DNA of 63,807 nucleotides, filler included, from Pirum gemmata (lineage: Eukaryota): the NCBI GenBank assembly GCA_002812295.1. It is 25 parts of 25 records of this genome, joined end to end, with 100 filler letters (N's around TTAATTAATTAA, not from the genome) between each part and the next. Parts side by side here need not be neighbours in the genome. Positions count along the whole stretch, not along the records: positions 1 to 2,426 come from PDIN01006465.1; positions 2,527 to 4,952 come from PDIN01006467.1; positions 5,053 to 7,433 come from PDIN01006468.1; positions 7,534 to 11,344 come from PDIN01006469.1; 21 more parts are not named here. One strand, given 5' to 3'. Shown here in pieces: positions 1-9,004 of this stretch. The first letter of the stretch is position 1. Every line of letters begins with the position of its first letter. The notes beneath the pieces were generated by a model that did no database searches, was not told where the DNA came from, and was given only the letters and a program-made list of their open reading frames with translations. Position numbers and translations under genes: made by a program.

Positions 1-167
1 ATTATTATAACCAATATATTAATATAACTTAACTTAACATCGTTATTTTATTAGTTATTATTAGTAAATACAAAATTTGTATTCGAATCGAAAATAATAA
101 TTAAAAAAATATTTACATAGTTTACATAGTTTTTTTTTTGTTGATCGATTTTTTTTTCGAGAAAAAA

Positions 168-236
168 AATAATATCGACAGGGACGATGTTATTTCCAAA
201 AACCTAATAATATCGACAGGGACGATGTTTTTTTCC
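168..236 (+). repeat. Two-copy direct repeat of about 30 bp (AATAATATCGACAGGGACGATGTT.TTT)
   Basis: Near-identical copies at about 168 and 206. Confidence 0.8.
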
Positions 237-1689
237 CTATAGTTAATAAAAAACAAAACCAAAATTCATTTCTTATGTCGACTTTGGCTTCAAATTCAGC
301 ATATTGCATGCAATACCAATAAACAATTTTATGTTTTTTTCATATTAAAACCAGGGCAAAAATCAGTTTGTTATTCAAAGTATTATTATTATTATTTCAT
401 TTTTTTTAAAAAACGAAAAAGTATGTCTATTAAAACAATTGCGAATTAATTCGCAGCAAGTATGAAGGCTAAAACATGATCACAGAAATCAATAACACTG
501 CAATAAATAATCAGAAAAATTACCAACAGTCATAAGCTTAAATATACAAACTACAAAGTGAGATGCAATAATAATAATAAACGAAAATTCAAAAAAAAAA
601 AAAAACTATAGTAACAACGTTTTTGTATACAATACAAAGTTAAAAATATTACCATTCTTTCGACTACGTTTTTCATTCTTTTATTCTGATTGCACCATTG
701 TAGAATATAAAAATAGGTTATTTTATAGTCTTTCTCTGGAAGTAACTTAGAATTCTCGTATTTTTAATTAAAAATATGTTCTTAAACTCAGTATCATAGG
801 AAATAAAATTAAAAATAAAGAAACACCATATATTTGATGTTTGCTAATGTATCCGAAAAATTATCTAAGCTTGATTTTGATTTTTAAGTATTTCTACTTA
901 AGTTCAATAAATTATACATATCGTATGAAAATCAAAATCGTTCAATATTTTTGAAATCCCGATAACTATAGATATCTTCCTATCAAATTAATTAAAAATA
1001 TTAACACATTTTGTTAAATTTACGTTATTTTGTAAGGCTGCTCGTTTTTGAAAATTAATCAATTAATTGTTTTGGCGATTTAGAAGGAGGGCTCATTAAT
1101 TTTAAGAATGTTTTCGATATAATCCATTTCTTTATCTGGTAAAATGATTTCCGTTTGCTCTTTACGATTCTATATAAAAGTCAAGAAAAAAATTATTACG
1201 AAGACTCGAGTATCCCAGTTAAAATCTCATTTTAGTAAATAAGTTTGAGAACGGTAAGGCTTAGGGTAAGGGTACAGGAACAGCTACAGCATCGACAATA
1301 ACAATAACAATAATATATATATATATATATATAAGGGGGAATACCAATATAAGCAGATCATAAAAGTTATTTACTATGTCATCTTGCTTAGTATCCTTAG
1401 TATCACTTGTAGAAATGCACAAGTTAAGTAATCTGCAGAGGTATTGTTATTATGTTAGTAGGGATACAGTAAGCCAAAGTTGATAGTTTACAAATGATAT
1501 AAATAAAGTAACACTGATAATAGTTTAATCCTCGCAATTACACTAGTAAATATATTGAAATAGACCCAAAAATTACTGAAAGGTAATAGATACATATTTA
1601 AATAAAAAAAACAAGACTTTCGAAAAAAACAATAAAAAAATAAAAAATTACAAAACGAATAAAGCTAAACGTTATCTAACGCAGTTTCA

Positions 1690-2311
1690 CTACAAAAACT
1701 TAACTTTTTTTTCTCAGATATATTAAAGAGTCTTTGTGTTTTCAGCTGGAGCTCAAGCAGTTTAATCTCTTTTGAAATTTCATCCTTAGAATCGACATGA
1801 CTCTGTAAATAATAAGCGGATTTCAAAAATTACTCTTACTAATAAACTTTAACTTAGCCCTAATACGAACTATAATCCTTACTCTAACTATAACTTTTAA
1901 TCATTATTCTTATTATAATATTGTTAGTATTAGTAGTGCTATTAGGAGTATTATAACCTTGCTGTGTAATCCCCAAAAATTTTGACAAGCAGCAAATTTT
2001 AGTATTCACTATTTTTCTGATTTTTTATATATTTTATTCTTAAATCACATTAATCTCAAAAACAATAAAAATACCCATTTACATAGCTCAAGGTGAAGTC
2101 TAGAATTCAAATTCGACGATTGTACCAATTCGGATCTAACGAATAGCAATTAACAATAAGTAATTATACTCGCATTAGTAATAGCAACAATATATACTAT
2201 ATATAGTTATGATGTATTTCATTTATAATTAAATTTGAAGAATAACTAGAACAATAAACTTACGAAAGTTTGAGAACAGTAGGCGTTTTCTCTGGTTCCA
2301 TTGCATCTTTC
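1690..2311 (-). CDS. Possible small exons of an unidentified, perhaps decayed, gene
   Basis: Short higher-GC blocks bounded by AG/GT on the minus strand (about 2264-2311 KDAMEPEKTPTVLKLS; about 2083-2136 SELVQSSNLNSRLHLEL; about 1690-1803 SHVDSKDEISKEIKLLELQLKTQRLF). Phases do not join cleanly and no family is recognised. Confidence 0.3.
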
Positions 2312-2426
2312 TAAGTAAGATAATTAATAACAGCAAAAAAAAATTACTAATATTATCCAGAACTATCATGTGTGTGTGTGCGGGTATTTTTTTCTCCTTT
2401 ATTCCCTCCCCCCCCCCCCCCCCCCC

Positions 2427-2526
2427 NNNNNNNNNNNNNNNNNNNNNNNNNNNNNNNNNNNNNNNNNNNNTTAATTAATTAANNNNNNNNNNNNNNNNNN
2501 NNNNNNNNNNNNNNNNNNNNNNNNNN
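2427..2526. other. Artificial contig-joining spacer (44 N + TTAATTAATTAA + 44 N); first of 24
   Basis: The same 100-bp block with stops in all frames starts at 2427, 4953, 7434, 11345, 13831, 16341, 18811, 21335, 23861, 26353, 28853, 31327, 33821, 36332, 39493, 41959, 44448, 46918, 49417, 51907, 54369, 56858, 59318 and 61817. Confidence 0.97.
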
Positions 2527-2662
2527 TAATATAATATAAACTAATTACAATAAAAAAAACGTAAATAAATATAAAAATATAATAAATAAGAGCAAAATAT
2601 AATACCAAAATATGATAATGTAATTATAGAAATAAAAAACAAAAATAAAACATGGCTAAATT

Positions 2663-2754
2663 TTTGATCATTAGACTGTCGTGAAACAAAACAATCTTCA
2701 GCGAGACAAAAGTCTCTCAAAGCGAGCTGGGTTTATAAATTTAATCATTTCAAA
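2663..2754 (-). ncRNA. Dual-guide box C/D snoRNA; predicted LSU targets equivalent to yeast 25S Am2946 (snR71/U29) and Cm2959 (snR73/U35)
   Basis: Minus strand: terminal stem TTTGA/TCAAA; C box ATGATTA (2742-2748); guide TAAACCCAGCTCGC (2722-2735) antisense to LSU GUGAGCUGGGUUUA; D' TTGA; GAGAC-TTTT-GTCTC stem-loop; C' CTGAAGA; guide TGTTTCACGACAGTCTA (2672-2688) antisense to UAGACCGUCGUGAGACA with one mismatch and one G:U; D ATGA (2668-2671). The D+5 rule puts both guides on known methylated residues. Confidence 0.85.
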
Positions 2755-2996
2755 TTTAGTTTTAAATACAAGTTGCAATTCAATTTAAAAAAATGTAATC
2801 AAAATAATAAAAAAAACAAAAATATAACTAGCAGTCAGTCCAATATATTATAAAACACCTTAAACAACCAAACATAAGTAACCCCATATAATTTTCTAAA
2901 AAATTGACATTACTCATATCGTATGATAATAAAGGTGTCCTTCAAATTTTAAACTGTAAAAAAGGGCAAATGATAACAACAATAATAATAACAAAA

Positions 2997-3090
2997 AAAA
3001 TCAGATTATGAAAGATGTCTCCATCTTCCTTTAAGATAAATCAACATCTAAAAATTCTGTTGTCCCTATCTAATAGTAATCATCATATAA
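2997..3090 (-). ncRNA. Box C/D snoRNA, snR64/U74-like (predicted target yeast 25S Cm2337 / human 28S Cm3820 equivalent)
   Basis: Canonical C box ATGATGA (3080-3086); 12-nt guide TAGATAGGGACA (3061-3072) antisense to LSU UGUCCCUAUCUA; D' CAGA (3056-3059); C' ATGTTGA (3041-3047); canonical D CTGA (3001-3004). D'+5 selects the first C of CUGUCCC. Confidence 0.85.
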
Positions 3091-3735
3091 TTTTTCGTTT
3101 TTTTAATAAAAATATAATAATAATAATGATAATAATAATAATTGAACATAACAAAAATAATATAATAGTTATTAATGAAAAGATAAGAAAAGGTGTTACC
3201 ATTAACAAATTACACCATGCCAAAGGTGTATAAAGGTGTATAACAAATTTCTCAAAAAAATGCGAAACAGATGGTAAACTTAAAAAGCAACTAATAACGT
3301 AAAATTACGGTTGCCTCACAAATCAACAAACTGTACAAAAAAAGCGAACAGAAATACCAAAATAGAAAACTCTCAAACAACTTAATATAAAAAACAAAAT
3401 ATCATAACAAATAAATAAAACAAATAAATTCAAAAAAAAATCAATCAGATGTTCGTTTTTATCTTGGAACTTAAGAAATAAATTTTGTTCCCAGGCAAAA
3501 TAAAGATAAATAACAAATAAGATAAAAAGAAAACAGTTCCTACTCTTCTTTCACACTTTCGTGTTTCTAAATTTGGGTTTTAGTAATCCTTAGACTTAAG
3601 TTGCTAAATCTTTACAAGACCATATAGGAAAGCAAAAAATAAAACTTTCATACAAAAAAGTCCAATATTAACAAATAATACCAAGTAAAGCAAATAAATT
3701 TAAATTCTAAAAAAACTTTAAAATTGAAAAATACT

Positions 3736-3825
3736 TTTTTCACTCTTAACGATACATTTGAAAACATGTCCTTAAAAGTAAACAGCCCATCATAGAATGG
3801 ATTGAACTTGAGTCCTCATTTTGAA
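3736..3825 (-). ncRNA. Probable box C/D snoRNA; predicted target LSU U in GAAUGG (human 28S U3797 equivalent)
   Basis: C-like box ATGAGGA (3813-3819); 9-nt guide AATCCATTC (3795-3803) antisense to LSU GAAUGGAUU; D' ATGA (3790-3793); D-like GTGA (3740-3743). The guide is short. Confidence 0.6.
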
Positions 3826-3942
3826 GAATAAAACAAACAATATGATACAAATACAAACAACAATATAATGATAAAGCTTCAACAATAACAAGCACCACAA
3901 AGAAAAATAAGAAATAGGGTTACACAGCAATTATCGCCAACT

Positions 3943-4031
3943 TGTTTATTAAAGAGTGTTCATATTTGGAATTACATTGTATAAAATGTTCAAACAATTT
4001 AAGTCCACATAAGAACACTCTTTAATAAACA
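3943..4031. other. 89-nt long hairpin (about 38-bp stem, 4 mismatches, 13-nt loop)
   Basis: TGTTTATTAAAGAGTGTTC pairs perfectly with GAACACTCTTTAATAAACA; pairing continues inward through TAT/TGGA/TTA/ATTGT. Confidence 0.85.
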
Positions 4032-4154
4032 TCTTTCTTCGCCAGCTAAATTCAAAATCTACATTTGTCAATAAAAAAATTAAAAAATAAAAAAGAAATT
4101 AATAAAAATAATAATAAAAATAAAAATAAAAATAAAAATAAAAATAAAAATAAA

Positions 4155-4185
<31 letters not shown>

Positions 4186-4186
<1 letters not shown>

Positions 4187-4272
4187 GTTAAACGGTAATT
4201 CCCACGCCTTTTATTTGTTGACATCTGGTAGAGAGATGGCCGCGCCGCACCAGGAAAAAATCATCAAGCAAC
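4186..4272 (-). ncRNA. Possible box C/D snoRNA, snR77-like (predicted target SSU Um578 equivalent); D box degenerate
   Basis: C box TTGATGA (4261-4267); 10-nt guide GGAATTACCG (4193-4202) antisense to SSU CGGUAAUUCC. Taking TTAA (4188-4191) as box D, D+5 gives the U of GCGGU. Internal CTGGT/ACCAG stem. Confidence 0.5.
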
Positions 4273-5087
4273 TGATTATAATACTTAAAAAATAATACTT
4301 ATTAACAAGTCAAAAAATGGGAAAATAAAAGGAAAAAAATAAAGAAGAGGATTTAATATGTAATAGTATGACATTTATTTAAAACTTTATGTACTACGTT
4401 GATTTATTCATTACAACATCAAGAATAATCTTCACTCTAAATCCCCCCATCGTTGTAATAACGATTACAAAAAAAGTTCTTTTGACATTACAGTTTGGTT
4501 TATCTTTTTTATACTATATTTATTTATTTGCTACAATAATTATTAAAAGGACAATAACATTCTTTTTGCATTTATTATGTTTGATTTATCATATTATTAG
4601 CATTGTTGTATTTTTAAAAATTTATTTGAATATTTTGTAAATATTTAATAATAATAAAAAAAAATCAATTAATGAGAAATGCTTTCGAAAAAACCCGTTG
4701 AAGAAACGACAATTTTAAAACATTCAGTCCTACTTCAGATTGTTCCGAAAAATATTTCTTTTTTAATTTTTTTTTTTTCTTTTTTTTGTAAAATCAGAAT
4801 ATAACGATAAAATACTAAAAAAATAATAAAATATATACATAATATAATATAAACTAATTACAATAAAAAAAACGTAAATAAATATAAAAATATAATAAAT
4901 AAGAGCAAAATATAATACCAAAATATGATAATGTAATTATAGAAATAAAAAANNNNNNNNNNNNNNNNNNNNNNNNNNNNNNNNNNNNNNNNNNNNTTAA
5001 TTAATTAANNNNNNNNNNNNNNNNNNNNNNNNNNNNNNNNNNNNNNNNNNNNTTATTATTTTATTATTATTTATATAATATTTTCAG

Positions 5088-5358
5088 GACCGAATGAAGA
5101 TATGGAAAGTTTATTTGCGAGAGGAGCCTGTGGTTATGTACCGCAAGTTAACAGTTTGTTTCCTGGGGCCACTGTTGCGCAACACATGGAATTTGCATGT
5201 AATGCTAAAGGGCTAGATATAAAATCAGAAGCTTGCCAAGAACATATTGACGCAATTACTATTGTTTTAGGGCTTGATAAGCATTTAAATAAACGATCAA
5301 AAACTTTATCTGGTGGTAAGTAGTGATTATATATTTATAATAATAATCAATAATAATC

Positions 5359-5395
<37 letters not shown>

Positions 5396-6441
5396 TCAGC
5401 ATCAGAATCATTGTTATCAATATCGTTACTATTATTAAAACAACAAGCATTAAAATTAAACTTGTCGATTTTTTATATATTGTAGGGTATAAAAGAAAAC
5501 TTTGTTTAGCTATTGCTGTGGTAGGTTCCCCTGAAGTATTGTTTTTGGATGAGATTACTACTGGTATGGACCCAGGTTCCCGACACTCTTTATGGAATAT
5601 CCTTCGCCCCAAAAATAAGAATGTAGAACTTCCAAGCATTCTTTTGAGTACGCATTATTTGGACGAAGCTGTGCGACTTGCGCACTCTATTGGTATTGTC
5701 ATCGATGGTGAAATGGTTGCAGCTGGGGACTTGAATCGGTTAACTGATAAATACTGTAAGTATAATGTTATCCAAATAAGCTTGGATTCTTCTATAAGCG
5801 AAATGGAAAAAAATGAAATCATTGAAGTGATTTTAGCCTCTTTACCAAAAGGTTTTTTTTTTTTTTTTTGCTTTTGCTTTTGCTTTTGCTTTTGCTTTTG
5901 CTTTTGCTTTTGCTTTTTTATGTTTGGTATTGTTTGGTATTGTTTGGTATTGTTTGGTATTGTTTGGGTTCATTGTGTTGCATTGCATTATATTGTAGTA
6001 TATTATATATAATTGTAGTACAGTGTAGTAAAGTGTTTTGTAGTGTAGTATATTATAATATGGTGTGGTGTGGTGTAGTGGCATGATGGTGTGATGCTTT
6101 ACATTGTATTGTATTTTATTGTATTGTATTGTATTGCACTGTATTATATTGTATTGTATGTGGTGTTTGTTATCTATTTTATTTACAATTTCAATCTTAT
6201 TATTATTATAGATTCCTACGTTTCTGAGTCTTTATTAAAGAAACTAACACTGAAAGTCCCAAGAAATCCCGAAATTTCTACTTCTAAAGAACTTGGTCAA
6301 TTGTTTGAATTACTCGAAAGTCTCAAAGTCTCTCAAACTGGATTAAAGAATTGTTATTATTCTGTTGCGAAAATGTCATTGGAGCAAATCTTTATGGAAC
6401 TTTGTCAGAAACAATTTTCTTTAAATGTTGAAGAATCATAA
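5088..6441 (+). CDS. ABC transporter subfamily A, C-terminal part (NBD2 and tail); exons 5088-5315, 5486-5851, 6212-6441
   Basis: Spliced product has CGYVPQ (Q-loop), LSGG|YKRKLCLAIAVVGSPEVLFLDEITTGMDP (signature, Walker B), LLSTHYLDEA (H-loop) and ABCA tail YSVAKMSLEQIFMEL. GT-AG junctions keep frame. The 5' part lies outside the contig. Confidence 0.92.
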
Positions 6442-6547
6442 TTAGTTAAAAATTGTCTTTTGGTTTAGCACCAATCGGTGGGTATGATCCTCGCAGATTT
6501 GTCCTCACAGATTGTTGTTCATAGATTAAAACCTTCCCACTTTGATA

Positions 6548-6894
6548 TTCTCTCAAATAGAATTGAAAAACAACCCGAACCCGAACCCGAACCCGAACCC
6601 AAACCCGAACCCAAACCCGAACCCGGACCCGGACCCGGACCCAGTAGTATTATTCTGTTGCCAAAATGGCATTGAGAGCAATTCTCTCAAATAGAATTAA
6701 AAACAACCCAAACCCGAACCCAAACCCGAACCCAAACCCGAACCCAAACCCGGACCCGGACCCGAACCCGGACCCAGTAGTATTATTCTGTTGCCAAAAT
6801 GTCATTGAGAGCAATTTTTATGAAACTTTGTCAGAAACAAATTGCTTTATGTTGAATAATCATATTGTTGGCTAAAAATGGTCTTTTGGTTTAG
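6548..6894 (+). repeat. Tandem duplication: telomere-like (AACCCG/AACCCA/GACCCG)n plus degenerate copies of the ABCA 3' end
   Basis: 6784-6894 is a diverged, frameshifted copy of 6358-6468; 6652-6681 is a shorter copy. Each follows TTCTCTCAAATAGAATT plus a hexamer run. Confidence 0.8.
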
Positions 6895-7402
6895 TAAGTA
6901 GTACATACATATTGGAACCTTCCAATTCTGTTGAGAAAATAGTAAAAAAAAATTAACCTTTTTTGCCTAAACAATTTGCATTCCATCTTGGATAATCATA
7001 ATTCGTTTAAATGGCCATCTGGTTTAGCAACATCCAGTAGTGGGTTGAAAGTTGGTATGTTGTACACATATTAGAACTTTCCCTCTTCCCTTCCCCGTAA
7101 CTACACGAGTAGTTGAAATCTGGTATATGCTGAAGCGTCCATTTTAATATTGGTAAAAGAAAATTCTTATTTCACAACCAAAAATCCTTGAAATCTTAAG
7201 ATTTCAATAGAAATAAAAAATTGAAATTTGTTTTTTACTCTTATATGAGTTTTTATTATTACCAATTTCCTTTTAATTTTTTTGTTTGAGACTTTTGCTA
7301 CTTTGTATATATATATATATATATATAATCATGATCGGTAGTTATTTTACATTAAAATTATCGAGTGGTGGTGGTGTGGTTTTAGGCTGTTGTGATTTAT
7401 TT

Positions 7403-7433
<31 letters not shown>

Positions 7434-7701
7434 NNNNNNNNNNNNNNNNNNNNNNNNNNNNNNNNNNNNNNNNNNNNTTAATTAATTAANNNNNNNNNNN
7501 NNNNNNNNNNNNNNNNNNNNNNNNNNNNNNNNNATTTCTGAATGGTTTTTTTTCTGTTATTATGTATTAAACACACACACACACACACACACACAAACAA
7601 ACACACATACACACTAACACATATATGAACAGTTATCTATTGTATTATATTGGTCTGTTTTAATAATAACAGTACTGCTATTTTTAGCATTTTCTTATCA
7701 G

Positions 7702-7788
7702 ATATGGGAGTCCTGTTGCTGTACACGCTCAGAGAAGTGACACATCTTTATGGTCAGCTTTTTTTGTTGTGTATAATCATAAAACTAC
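7702..7788 (+). CDS. DET1: DET1 homologue, internal exon (more C-terminal region)
   Basis: cag|...|gtaagt exon encodes YGSPVAVHAQRSDTSLWSAFFVVYNHKTT, matching the DET1 motif KY/FGS...FFVVYNxxTT. Confidence 0.75.
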
Positions 7789-8456
7789 GTAAGTAGCGAA
7801 AGTTGGTGTATAAATTAATTTTTGTATTTTAAATATTGTAAGGAGGCAAAATACAGCGCATTGTTGTATTATTGAATTGTTATTTTGTCATTTTGTTATT
7901 TTGTTATTTTGTTGTATTGTTTGTTGCATTGTGGTATTGTGGTATTTATTATTTGTATTGTTTGTATTGTTGTATTGTTGTATTGTTGTATTGTTGTATT
8001 GTTGTATTGTTGTATTGTTGTATTGTTGTTTGTAATTATTTTTTGTTGTTTGTTGTAGTTTTTTGTTTTTGCTTGTTGTTGTTTGTTGTTTGTTGTTTTG
8101 AAATGTTATTTTGTTNNNNNNNNNNNNNNNNNNNNNNNNNNNNNNNNNNNNNNNNNNNNNNNNNNNNNNNNNNNNNNNNNNNNNNNNNNNNNNNNNNNNN
8201 NNNNNNNNNNNNNNNNNNNNNNNNNNNNNNNNNNNNNNNNNNNNNNNNNNNNNNNNNNNNNNNNNNNNNNNNNNNNNNNNNNNNNNNNNNNNNNNNNNNN
8301 NNNNNNNTTATTAGTATTGTTATTATTATTACTGATGGTGGGAAATAATACCATAATAAAATAATCGGCATTAATATTTAAATTACCATTGGATTAAACA
8401 TCAACATCAACATCAACAATCAGCATTTCTTACCATTTTGTTTTTGATTTTCATTA

Positions 8457-8490
<34 letters not shown>

Positions 8491-8652
8491 ATTATCACTT
8501 TCATTAAAATTATAAATATCATTTTCATAATTATCATTTTCATTATAATTATAAATATCATTATCATTATCATTATTATTATTATAATTATAATTATAAT
8601 TATCATTTTCATTATAATTATAAATATCATTATCATTATAATTTATCATTAG

Positions 8653-8844
8653 ACGTTTTATTTGGTTAGCATTGAAGAAGGCAAAGTTGCAGATACTTTA
8701 ACTTTTGAAAATGATCATATAAATTTGACCTCTCATCAAGGAGTATTTTTGTACGGGAATTTGTTTGCGGTTTTGTCTTTGAAAAATCAGACTATTCATT
8801 TAATAGAAGTGAAAGAAATTGGCAGTTTCTTGACATTAAAAAAG
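8653..8844 (+). CDS. DET1: DET1 homologue, internal exon (more N-terminal region)
   Basis: tag|...|gt exon encodes TFYLVSIEEGKVADTLTFENDHINLTSHQGVFLYGNLFAVLSLKNQTIHLIEVKEIGSFLTLKK, matching DET1 D..TF..D...L...QG..LY...LA.LS...QTIH. Confidence 0.88.
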
Positions 8845-9004
8845 GTATAGTGTCTGTCTTTTTAATGCGATACCCTAACCCCTAACTCCTAACCCCTAGC
8901 CCCTAACCCCTAACCCNNNNNNNNNNNNNNNNNNNNNNNNNNNNNNNNNNNNNNNNNNNAATATATATAATATAATATAGTGTAATATAATGTAATGTAA
9001 TATA

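Larger units (their letters stand above)
2527..4952. repeat. Contig with exact 113-bp terminal direct repeat: 2,313-bp circular or tandem-array unit
   Basis: 2527-2639 is identical to 4840-4952 (TAATATAATATAAACTAATTACAAT...ATAGAAATAAAAAA). Confidence 0.9.

Noticed and set aside
2471..2482. Regularly recurring TTAATTAATTAA palindrome about every 2.5 kb
   Set aside because: Always centred in 44+44 Ns; an assembly spacer, so the periodicity and cross-contig gene order are not biological.
2672..2735. Plus-strand matches to LSU rRNA as an rDNA fragment
   Set aside because: Matches are only 12-17 nt, in swapped order, and framed by C/D boxes on the other strand; they are guides.
3533..3632. snR30/U17-like m1/m2 motifs (TTCCTA, ACCAT)
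   Set aside because: Partial matches on the strand opposite the other snoRNAs; too weak to name.
2527..4952. Circle as a mitochondrial minichromosome, plasmid or CRESS-DNA virus
   Set aside because: No Rep or respiratory-chain ORF is recognisable and the identifiable content is antisense to cytosolic rRNA.
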